This document shows, one piece after another, positions 40,030 through 53,935 of a stretch of 64,000 nt of DNA (positions within the stretch are counted from its first letter, which is position 1; each line of letters starts with the position of its first letter). A program made the position numbers and the translations under genes. Origin of the DNA: the human T2T-CHM13v2.0 reference genome, Homo sapiens; NCBI RefSeq assembly GCF_009914755.1, contig NC_060931.1. One strand, given 5' to 3'. The notes below the pieces were generated by a model. The model made no database searches, had not been told where the DNA came from, and was given only the letters and a program-made list of their open reading frames with translations.

Positions 40030-42050
40030 TTCATTTAAAGAAATCTGATTTACAAAAAAAAAATTAATAGAATACAAGTACTAGATATTTTTCTGAAAGT
40101 ATTCACTGTGCAGTTCTTTAATATGTTCTCCTAATTGGCCTAAGAGAGTGTTGAAAACAGATAATTACATTTTTAGTAAAATGTTTGAGCACTGAAGAAA
40201 CTTCATAAGAAATTGTTAGCAGATGTTGCTGTACAATATTAGTGATAAGTATAGATAAAATGTCTGTGGATATATAAGTTAACAGATCAAATAATTTTAT
40301 TCATAGAATTCTTTTAGTGTACTCAAATTAGAAACATGTCTAAGAAGGAGTGCAATAAGTCTTTTCATTTTACAATATTGCAAAGATGAGCTCATTCTCT
40401 ATCTGGAGCATCTTTGGGTTATCTTGAAGAGATACTGTCAGTAGTCCAGACTGCTGACATTGATGTGATTGATCTGAATGAGCACAGCTGTCAGGAGGTA
40501 AATTTTATTGTTACAACAAGGAGAGTATCCTTTGGAAGTTGTTCCAAGAAGCATACTTTTCATTTTTCAATAAAAATGTAATAACTGTTCAAAAATTTAT
40601 GTTTTACAGAGAAGTTAACTTTCTGTTATGTTACAGGTTGTCATAATCTAAGAAAGACTCTGAATAAAACCAGTGTGGCATAGGAAGCAAGGATATAAAG
40701 AGTCACTTAGCCACTTAGCACATTTTGTGTTTTGTGAAATGGTTCATTGTGGAAATGTAATAACGCCTCAAGAACAAGATTATGATTTCAGCAGCATTTA
40801 TTAAGAAGATATCCATTAATGACAAATCTGATTTACAAAAAAAGATTTTATTTTGATTTAATTTTGATTTTAAACTCTTCATTTACAATAAAATTTTTTG
40901 TAAAACATTTGTCAGTGGATAACAAATGTAGTTTGCATTGTATGGCATGAAAATTTTTGTTTTAGAGCATATGAATTAATAGATAAATTATTTCTAAGTT
41001 TCTGTAGTCATCCACTTATTCTTCCAATACATAAAATAAAAGCATTACTTTTACAAACTGCAACTTATGTTTAAGCTACTGGTTACAGAATATTATTATA
41101 AACTGCCTTCTCCAATTGTAAATCATGTCAGCATAGAAAAAAGTACTGTGTACAAAAAATTATGGATATAGCATATTATAATTAATAGAACAAGCAATAC
41201 AAATGGAAGAGTTCAGTTATTATAGTCAGGAGTAGAGATGAGTGGTAGTAGAGAAAGCTTCACATAAAACATTTATTTTAGAATCCTCAAATAATACCTA
41301 TAAATCTTATCTAGATTTTTTCCTTTATAATCTCTTTAATAACAAATCTAGACATTACTTGTCCAAATACATCTGTCAAATGATAGTGAAGAAAGTTGGC
41401 TCTCATCAATGACAACCTGGCTTTAGTGTCTAAGAATTACATTCACTAAGAGAGTCCTGAAAATATGATACGTATTGAGCTTCAAACTGCTGTATTTTCA
41501 GCCTCACAGAATATAGAATTTTTCTGGAGTGCACCAGTGTAAATATATATGGCTAGCTAGCCTTTGTGCTGATATATATGAGTGTATCCATAAGTATTTA
41601 GATAGTTATCCTTGGACTGTTTCTGTGGTTAAAATAAATGACTGCATGACTGCATAGTTTTGTAACATCTTCTGTGAAGTAATATTTTTAAAACTAAAAA
41701 AATTAAAAAATTTTTAAACAACGTGAACCTATTGACAGACTTTTTTAAAATTAGGCTTTTAAAAGAGGGGCTCATTTTGGGCATTGGTACCTAGATTGAA
41801 AATATGTAATTGTCAATGACGTCACCTTGAAGTAACTAATGTTCTTTCGGATTGTCTTAACTAAGTTAATATGAATATTTTGATGTAAATCATTGTCACG
41901 GTTCAAACGTATTTACTGCATTAACAAAATAGTCATTTCAACTAATAATAAATATTCAACATATGGTAAGATATTGGTTTAAAGCATGCTATTCATTCAA
42001 TAAACCTCAGCTGAAATGCAAGATCATTGAATAAGCTGACAGCATTATTA
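40030..42050. promoter_or_regulatory. Candidate HOX/PBX/MEIS enhancer in apparently TE-free sequence
   Basis: 4x TGATTTAC (40046, 40829, rc 41118, rc 41885), TGATTGAT at 40466, 5x TGACAG/CTGTCA, CRE TGACGTCA at 41817; motif evidence only. Confidence 0.35.
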
Positions 42051-42122
42051 GATATATTCTATCTGCATGAACTATTTGGGTGTTGTGAAAAAAACTCATA
42101 ATCTCCTTTAATTAAAAATATG

Positions 42123-42431
<309 letters not shown>

Positions 42432-42479
42432 TGCAGGTGAATGTTAAAATTTGTTTCGTTTTGTTTTTTTCGTACTCTC

Positions 42480-44430
42480 TTACATTCTGGCATTACAAAA
42501 TGCTCTAGCCTTCTCTTGTGTACTTCATGTCTCAGTCCTAGAATTAGTTGTTTCTTAAGGATCCCTGGTGTCTTTTACTGGAGAATGCTATTAGAAAGAA
42601 GGATCTATGTGCTAAGTGTGGTCCTTGCTATTGGGGTGACTTTGCTTCTAAGCCCTCTCAGGAGGTAGAGCAAGGAGATACATGCATGTATAATAACATG
42701 AAAATAAATCCGTATCTATAAATATTCATCTATGCATTCATTTGTATCTGTTTTAATCAAAACATGTTTATGCTGATATATCTAACCCTAATCTACATGG
42801 AGAATTCCAACCTCCTCTGCTTGCTTATCTGTAACAACTCACACAAATAATGAGAAACTGGGCTCCCACTGACATGGAAGGGAAGTGCTCGGAATGGAAG
42901 GGTGTAGTCCCTTTAAGTGATACAGAAGGGTGTAGTCCCTTTAAACGATATGGAAGGGAGAAGGGGAGTGCGGGGTTGAGGAGGGCATGGTCCCTGGCTA
43001 AGGCTCCACCCCCAGGCCCTTACCAGGGGACCTAGATGAGGACAGGCATTCTTGTTTTCCTGCCAATATGTTGCATTTCCCAAGACCACCCTGGCCTGCC
43101 ATGCCCCCGTCCTGTGCCTATAAAACCCCTGAAACCCAGACAGACAGACATTCAGGTGGCTGGACGTCGAGGGGAGCACATCAGCAGGCACCGGCACACC
43201 AGCAGGCCACTGACCAGCAAAATGTCTCAGAGTTCGGGTGGGGCAGTCACAGGAGAGCCCGGGCTGCGGAGCTACCCAGCTCCAGGGGAAAACCATCTCC
43301 CTTCTGCCTCTCCCACCCACTGAGAGCTATTTCCCCTCAATAAAATATTGTACTCATTCTCCAAGTCCACGTGTGATCCAATTCTTCCAGTGCACCAAGG
43401 CAAGAACCCAGGGATACAGAAAGCCCTTTGTCCTTGCGACAAGGCAGGGGTCTAATTGAGCTGGCTAACGCAAGCTGCCTGTTGTCAGCTAAGCTAAAAG
43501 AGCACACTGTAACCACCCACTGGGGGCTTCAGCTGTAAACATTCACCCGTAGACACTGCGTTGGGGTCGGAACCCCACAGTCTGTCCATCTGTATCCTCC
43601 CCTAGAGGTTTGAGCAGCGGGACACTGAAGAAGCAAGCCACACCTGCATACCACGCCCTGTGAGGGGACAAGGGAACTTTTCCCGTTTCACCACTACCGG
43701 TCATCGACTTACTGTTTAATTCCAGTATATATGCATAACAATATCAGAGTTGTTCACTTATACCCCCATGGGAAACAACTTTATCAGGTACATACAGTGC
43801 TGACGCACAGCTCCTTTCCCTTTAGTCTTAAAGTCTTTACTTATTTCCAAAGTTACTTAGCTCAGCAGTTTTTTCTCTTATTTCCTTTAGTGAGATTGTC
43901 TCATACATTTATAATACAGTTAGGATACTTTCTCACAAACTCTATTCTATCTAGGATTCTGTGGCCTTGTAAATGACGTTTTAAAATTTGTATCCATTAG
44001 GCATGAATTTTTTTCAGTTTCATGTATTTACCATTGCAGTATTATTTAGAATAATTTTCTTGCCCTAAAAATTTCCCTGTGTTTCACCTAGTCATCTTTT
44101 CTCCCTCTTATGCACCCATGGCAATCATCTGTTTATAATGTTTTTAGTAGTGAATTGTCTAAAATGTCATATAATTGAAATTATACAGCATGTGCACTTT
44201 CAGAATGGCTTCTAAGATTCCTCCATGTCTTTGTGTGGCTTGGTAACATTTTTTAATGTTGAATAATTTTTCATAATATGGGTATATCTCAACTGATTTG
44301 TCTATTGACCTTTTTAACACCATCTCTGTTTGTTTCAGTTTTTGGCAATTATGAATAAAGCTGCTGTAAATATTCATGGGGAGCTTTTATGTGGATATAA
44401 GTTTTTAAATCAGTTGGGTAAATATCTAGG
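42480..44430 (-). mobile_element. L1MC/L1MD 3' region interrupted by LTR1
   Basis: ccctagaatt-like/ctaggtgtg-like L1MC 3' UTR text; atgagaaactgggctcccac continues after the LTR; aattatgaataaagctgctgtaaatattc. Confidence 0.7.
42870..43690 (+). mobile_element. LTR1-family (LTR1B-like) ERV1 solo LTR
   Basis: TG...CA ends; 4-bp TSD CCAC (42866-42869, 43691-43694); TATAAAA at ~43119, AATAAA at ~43339; GC-rich; matches recalled LTR1 consensus. Confidence 0.88.
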
Positions 44431-46537
44431 TTTAACTGTGTTAAAAATTATTTTAAAAATATTACCAAAAGGAATGAGAGGTTTTCAGGGGATATATGAA
44501 GCAGTATATTGCTAGGTCTTAAGATGTTTTTGAGAAAAAAAAAAAACACTCATATTATGGTTACTGTAGCATATAGAAATATTAGTGGAAGAAATAAATA
44601 AACTGGGACCATTTTATGTACTTGGCATGCTTTCAAAATTTAAAATATCATTTTATTTATTTGCTGTACAAAAATTGAACCTATAATGGTTTTTGAAGAA
44701 TATAATAAATACTAAATAATTGATTAGAGCAAATGGGTATTTTCAGAATGCAGGCACAAGTGACATTTTATTTGAATTAAATAAATGAGTATATAATGTA
44801 ATGCTAAAGTAAAATAGAAAAAAACATTTAAGATGCTTTGCATTTCAGGGAGGAAAGCTTGATATAGAGAAATTTTTTCGGGGTGTTGAATGCTTCTGCT
44901 CTTTATTAAAAGTGTTTATTACATGAAAAACTTCATTCTGATATCTATTGCTACTAATGAGTTTGTTTTAGAGGAGAACTTCATTTATAGAAGAAATGGA
45001 AAAATTACACTTATAAGCCAAGGATTGCATATTACTGCAAGAACAAATTATTGAAGCATACTAAAGTAAGTTTTCTTAAAAATGCAACACATTCTAGGCT
45101 CAGGAAACTTAAGATAGGCAAGTTATTAATATATTGAGTTTTATGAAAGTAGTGATTAACTTTTGGAGCATACCTATGGGAAATATGTTTGAATAGTTTC
45201 ATACTGTATCAAAGAGACAGTATGTGTAAAAGCGATTTGACATGAGAAAATTTTTAGTCAGCTTGATTATAAGATTTTTGAAAATGTCTTTATCTTTAAA
45301 CATCAGAAATTGTTAAAGCATAGCTTGTTGAAGTGTAACTACTATAAACATTAAGATGAAATTGTATACAGAATTTTTTCTGAAATTATAAATTTTAATA
45401 CATAAAGTAAATTTTCTACATAAATATAATTTTTCCTAATTCAAAATATTTATAGACCTTTTACAATTGTAATTTAATTTAAGTCTATCTAAAGTGAATT
45501 ATGTACCTCCATGTCTCTTTAAAAGTAGTATATAGAACATATATTGATGGTTTGGTTCTTCTATTAGAGACGTGAATTGCTAATCAGGGCTGTGAAACCA
45601 GGATGCCATGTCACCATCAACAATGGTGTCTACTTTATGGTCTTTAAGTGTTTATAATTTATTTCATATTCTTTTTTTCTGATAGCTTTTGCTGTTATCA
45701 GACGTTTTGCTGCTTATAATCTGCTGGTTCTTTTGATACCTGATTGGCAAGTGAATGTGCTTCAGCTTCTCACATTGATTTGAAGACCGTGTTCTAGATA
45801 ATCTCAAAAATCTAGTTAATCTGAATAATCCAGTTAATCTGAAAAAGATATAACTCTGAAACACAAAGTAAGCTGTTGTAGGCACCCACTGAGAGACACA
45901 TAGGTGGCATCTTACAAATCAGTGTTCAATCTTTCAGTCATAAAGGCTGGTGAAAATCTTGACCAGTATATCAATCATTGGTTAAACAGAAGCCTCAAGT
46001 TCAGTTCCCTTTTCTTTTCAAGAGAATTCATACTTCCAAATATTTGGGGAAATTAATATTTCTATACATTTTTTGCAATGTATGCAGTATTTCCATGACT
46101 CTACTTATGACCATGAGTTTGAAGGAGTGTTATTATGAAAGGGCAATCACAGTTCTTACAGTTGTCTATCAAGTGGTCATGAAAAATCATATTAAAGTAA
46201 ATCTCAGGAGGTATATTCTAATTAGAGTTTACAGCAAGCTGCTTTAGGAGACTGCAGCATTTTCAGTGGTATTCAGTGTGTGTTCAGAAAATTTAGGGCA
46301 GAGTTAACTCAGAACAATTTTGTGCCAATATAACACTTTTGACACTTTCATTCACTTAAAAAAATTATTCTACAAGCATTTGCAGTACTATGATGTGCTA
46401 TGTAAATAAAATGTAAATCAGCATTCCTGAAGACCGCTATATATTTCCTTTCAGTTCTTTGTTAGAAATATATAATGTAAAGAAAAAGTAGTAAATCCTT
46501 TAAGACTTGCTTTTCCTATTTAATAAAACTTGTGTCC

Positions 46538-46837
46538 TTTTAATTCTTATTTATGTATTTATTTATGAGTCAGGGCTTACTCATGTTGGAGTGCAGTGCT
46601 CAGTCACAGCTCACTGCAGTCTCAAACTCCCAGGCTCAAGTGACCCTCCTACCTCAGCTTTCCTGGTAGCTGAGACAACAGGCATGCACCTCCTGCACAG
46701 CTGATTTTTAAATTTTGTGTAGAGATGGGGGTCTCCCTTGTTGCCCAGGCTGGTTTGGAACTCCTGAGATCAAGTGATCCTCCTGCTTTAGCTTCCTGAA
46801 ATGCTGGGATTATGGGCATGAGCTACTGTGCCTGATC
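46538..46837 (-). mobile_element. AluJ
   Basis: Antisense Alu with J diagnostics (cacagctcactgcagtctcaaactcccaggctcaagtga). Confidence 0.9.
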
Positions 46838-47229
46838 ACTTTGCTTCTTATTTTAAACTCTTTACCATTTTCCTGTTGTTAACAACCACACTCACTGAAA
46901 AATAAAACATTTAAATGTTAGTAATAATTATTTAAAATTCTCAAAATTTGTTTTTAAAGACAGGAACTTAAGATAGCTATGCAAAATATTCCAGAGTATT
47001 CCAGAGATACTCTACAAACTTTGTTAGGTAATTAGTTTGAACACAGATTTAATCATGAAGATGTATTGATGCTGTAAAAGGAAAACAAAGAAAAATTGCA
47101 ATTTTTGATATTTTCCAGTTTAAAAAATTTCAGGTTATGTAGGTTTTTATACTCATAATTTCCTGAAATATATACAAGGTATGGGGATCATAAATCAAGA
47201 GAAAATAATTGGATGAAGATGAGACATAA

Positions 47230-48647
<1,418 letters not shown>

Positions 48648-49640
48648 TATATATTCTAGTTGTTCGTTTCTTATTTCTGGAAGGACTCCTTGATCCTTTT
48701 TATAGATCATAATACAGACAGGGTCCAAAAATATGGCAAATGTCATAAGTAAATGCACAGCACAAGATTCAATTTGGAGTAGTTGACTTTAAGATTTTGC
48801 CTAAGGAGAAACTGAGATGTGAACAAGCACACCCTTGACATTTTATAGAGTGTAACACCAAGTAAAGCAGGGATTATTCATAATTGTTAGAAAACTCTAT
48901 TTCTGAAAGTAATAAGATGCAAAATAGAGTTTGATGTGTAGCTGGAAAGTAAAAAATAATTTCAAACTTAGCATAAAGTTTATTTCTATAATCAGAATTT
49001 AGGGTGGAAGTGGAAAAATTCATCAAGATTGATTGGGTAAAAGTAATATTTTCCTTATTTTAATTTAAACAATTTACAATAATTTTGTAGCCAAAATACA
49101 AGAATACCTTTAGGATTTAATTAAGTAGAACGTGAATTGATCTATAATGGTATGTTTTGTCTTCTACACATCTTTCAATAAACAATAATGTCTTTACATT
49201 ACTGAAAGACATTAATGATAAAGAGCCTTTATCACTGAGCCTCCAAAGGCACAAGGCAACATTTGGCTACTTCAGCAGGGGCAGGGTAACTGAGAAAGCC
49301 TTACCCCAGGCACCATGAGACACAGGGCCTACCTAAGACTGAGGCACAACAAAGTTGACAGAGAAGTTTCTACCTTCTGCCCTGTACAGCAGAAGATACC
49401 CAGTAGTGGGATTGCTGGATCAAATGACAGTTCTACTTTTAGTTCTTTAAGGAATCTCCATACTGTTTTCTATAGTGTTTGTACTAGTTTACATTCTCGC
49501 CAGCAGTGTAAAAGTGTTTCCTTTTCACCACATCTATGACATCAGCTATTTTTGATTTTTTAAATTATGGCCATTCTTGCCCTACTTGCAGGAGTAAGTA
49601 AGGTGGTGTCTCATTGTACTTTTAATTTGCATTTCCCTGA

Positions 49641-50036
<396 letters not shown>

Positions 50037-51927
50037 CTTTGCCCATTTTTGATGGAATTATTTTTTTTCTGGGCAATGTGTTTGAATTCCTTATGGATTG
50101 TGGATATTAGTTCTTTGTCAGATGCACTGTTTGCAAGTATTTTCTTCCACACTATAGGTTGTCTCTTTACTCTGCTGATTGTTTCTTTGGCTGTGCAGAA
50201 GCTTTTTAGTTAAGTAGGTGCCATCTATTTATCTTTGTTTTTGTTGCATTTGCTTTTGGATTCTTGGTCATGAAGTCGTGAAGACTTGCCAATGTCTGGA
50301 AGAGCTTTTCTGTTGTTATCTTTTAGATATTTTTACGACTCCAGGTCTGAGATTTAAGTCTTTGATCCATCTTGGGGTTGGTTTTTGTATAATGTGAGAG
50401 ATGAGGATCCAGTTTCATTCTTCTACATGTGGCTTGCCAATTATCCCAGCACCATTTGTTGAATAGGGCGTCCTTTCCCACTTTATGTTTTTGTTTGCTT
50501 TTTCAAAGATAAGTTGGCTGTAAAAATTTGGCTTTATTTCTGTGTTCTCTATTCTGTTCCATTGGTCTATGTGCCGATTTTTGTACCAATATCATGCTGT
50601 TTTGGTAACTGTAGCCTTGTAATATAGTTTGAAGTGGGTAATGTGATGCCAACAGATTTGTTATTTTTGCTTAGTCTTGCTTTGGCTATGCAGACTCTTT
50701 TTTTTTTTTTTTTGGTTGCACATGAATTTTAGGATTGTTTTTTCTAGTTCTGTGAAGAATGATGATAGTGTTTTTGTGGGAATTGAATTTAATTTGTAGA
50801 TTGCTTTTGGCAGTATGGTCATTTTCACAATATTGATTCTATCCATTCATGAGCATGGGATTGTTTCCATTTGTTTCTTTGTGTCATCTATGATTCCTTT
50901 CAGCAATCTTTTGCAGTTTTCCTTTTAGAGGTCTTTCACCTCCGTGTTTAGGTATATTCCTAAGTATTTTATTTTATTTTTTGCAGCTGTTGTAAAAGGG
51001 CTTGAGTTCTTGAATTGATTCTCAGATTTGTCATTGTTGGTGTATAGCAGTGCTACTAGTTTGTTTACATTGATTCCATATCCTGAAACGTTACTGAATT
51101 CATTTTTCAGATCCAGGAGCTTTTTGGATGAGTCTTTAGGGCTTCCTAGGTTTACAATCATATCATCAGTGAACAGCAACAGTTTGACTTCCTCTTTACC
51201 ATTTGGATGCCCTTTATTTCTGTCTGTTGTCTGATTGCTCTGACTAGCACTTCCAGTACTATGTAGAATAGAAGGGGCGAAAGTACACATCCTTGTCTTG
51301 TTCCAGTTCTCAGGGGGAATGCTTTCAACTTTTCCTGGTTAAGTATAATGTTGGCTGTGGGTTTGTAATAGATAATTTTATTACTTTCTATGCCCTTTCT
51401 ATGCTGATTTTGCTGAGAGTTTTAATCATAAAGGGATGCTGGATTGTCAAATGCTTTTTCTGCATCTATTGAGGTAATCACATGATTTTTGTTTTTACTT
51501 CTATAATGTGATGCATCACATTATAGACTTGCATATGTTAAACCATCCCTGCATCACTGATTTAAGCCCAAATTGATTATGGTGTATTATCTTTTTGATA
51601 GGCTGTTGAATTCTGTTACCTAGTATTTTGCTGAGGATTTTTCCATTTATGTTCAGGGATATTGGTCTATAGTTTTCTTTTTTTGTTATGTTATTTCCTG
51701 GCCTTGGTATTAAGGTGATACTAGCATCATGGAATGATTTATGGAGGATTTCCTCTTTCTCTATCTTCTGAAATAGTTTCAATAAGATTGGTAAAAATTA
51801 TTCTTTGAATGCCTGATATAATTCAGCTATGAATCCATCTGGTCCTGGACTTCTTTTTTTGGCAATTTTTTATTACAGTTTCAATCTCACTACTTGTTAT
51901 TAATCTGTTCTGAGTTTTTATTTCTTC

Positions 51928-52067
51928 GTGATTTAATATAGAAGGGTTGTGTATTTCCAGGAATTTATCCATCTCTTCCAAATTTTCTAGTTTGTGTGTG
52001 ATTTAATATAGAAGGGTTGTGTATTTCCAGGAATTTATCCATCTCTTCCAAATTTTCTAGTTTGTGT
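51928..52067 (+). repeat. Perfect 70-bp tandem duplication
   Basis: gtgatttaatatagaagggttgtg...ctagtttgtgt at 51928 and 51998, identical. Confidence 0.95.
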
Positions 52068-53103
52068 GTGAAAACGTGTTCACAGTAGCCTTGAACTATC
52101 TTGTATTTCTGTGGTATCAGTTTTAATATCTCCTGTTTTGTTTCGAATTAAGCTTATTTGCATGTTCTCTTTTCTTGGTTAATCTTGCTAATAGTCTATC
52201 AATTTTGCTTCTCTTTTCAAAAATACAGCTTTTTGTTTTATTTACTTTTTGTATATTTTTGTTTAAATTTTATTTAACTCTGATCTGACCTTGGTTATTT
52301 ATTTTCTTCTGCTGGATTTAGGTTAAGTTTGTTCTTGTTTCTGTAGTTCCATAAGGTGTGATCTTAGAATTTCTATGTGTGCTCTTTCAGACTTTTTAAT
52401 GTAGGCATTTAATACTATGAGCTTTCCTCTTACACTGCTTTTGCTATGTTTCAGAGGTTTTCATAAGTTGTGTTACTATTATTGTTTAATTCAAAGAATG
52501 TTTTAATTTCCATCTTGATTTTATTGTTGACCCAAAAATTATTCAAGAGCAGAACATTTAATTTCCATGTATTTGCATAGTTTTGAGGGTTCCTTTTGGA
52601 ACTATTTTTTTTTAATTTTATTTCACTGTGGTTTGAGAAGGTACTTGATATAATTTTGACTTTCTTAAATTTATTGAGACTTGTTTTGTGGCTTATCATA
52701 TGGTCTATCTTTTAGAATATTCCATCTGCTGATGAAAATAATGTATATTCTGCAGTTGTTGGGTAGAATGTTCCATAAATATCTGTTAAATTTATTTGTT
52801 CTAGGGTATAGTTCAAGTCCATTGTTTCTTTGTTGACTTTCTGTCTTGATGACCTCTCTAGTGTTGTCAGTGGAGTATTGAAATCCCTCATTATTATTTT
52901 GTTGCCATCTATCTCTTCTCATGTCTCATAATAATTGTTTTATAAATATGGGAGTTTTCATGTTAGGTTCAAGTATATTTATTATTGAGATATTTTCCTG
53001 TTGGTCTTTTTTTTTTATTATTATGTAATGTCACTCTTTGTCTTTCTTAACGGTGTTTGCTTTAAAGTCTATTTTGCTAATATAAGAATACCTAGCTACT
53101 CCT

Positions 53104-53423
<320 letters not shown>

Positions 53424-53632
53424 CTACTCCTGCTTGCTTTTGGTGTCTATTTGCATGGAATATCTTTTTGTATCCTTTTACCTTATGTATTAAGTGAGTC
53501 TCTTGAAGACAACAGATTCTTGGTTGGTGGATTTTTTTCATTCTACCATTCTGTATTTTTTAAGTGGAACATTTCAATGTTAGTATTGAGATGTGAGGTA
53601 CTATTTTATTCATCATGCCAATTTTTGCCTGA

Positions 53633-53638
<6 letters not shown>

Positions 53639-53676
<38 letters not shown>
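53639..53676 (+). repeat. (TG)19 microsatellite
   Basis: Direct observation. Confidence 0.95.
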
Positions 53677-53681
<5 letters not shown>

Positions 53682-53757
53682 GTTTTATATACTCTGTGAG
53701 ATTTATGCTTTAAGGACGTTCTATTTTGGAGTATTTTGAGGTTTTGTTTCAAGATTT

Positions 53758-53935
53758 TTTTGTTTTTTCCTTTTAAGGATCAAAAAGTTTAATAGCCAAG
53801 AAAGAAGGAAGGGAGGAAGGAAGGAGAAAACAGCTCCCTCTAGCCAAGAAAGAAGGAAGGGAGGAAGGAAGGAGAAAACAGCTCCCTCTGACAGAGACAG
53901 AGGGAGGGGGGATTCAAACAAAGAGAAAACCCCCA
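53758..53935 (-). mobile_element. Polyadenylated retrocopy of an ERV1 LTR transcript 3' end (MER61-like)
   Basis: TSD gtttcaagattt at 53746-53757 and 53936-53947; minus strand has ATTAAA followed by an A-rich tail; internal perfect 48-bp duplication. Confidence 0.7.

Noticed and set aside
42850-43459. Cluster of overlapping ORFs in GC-rich sequence
   Set aside because: All lie inside the LTR1 solo LTR; GC richness reduces stop frequency; no recognisable protein.
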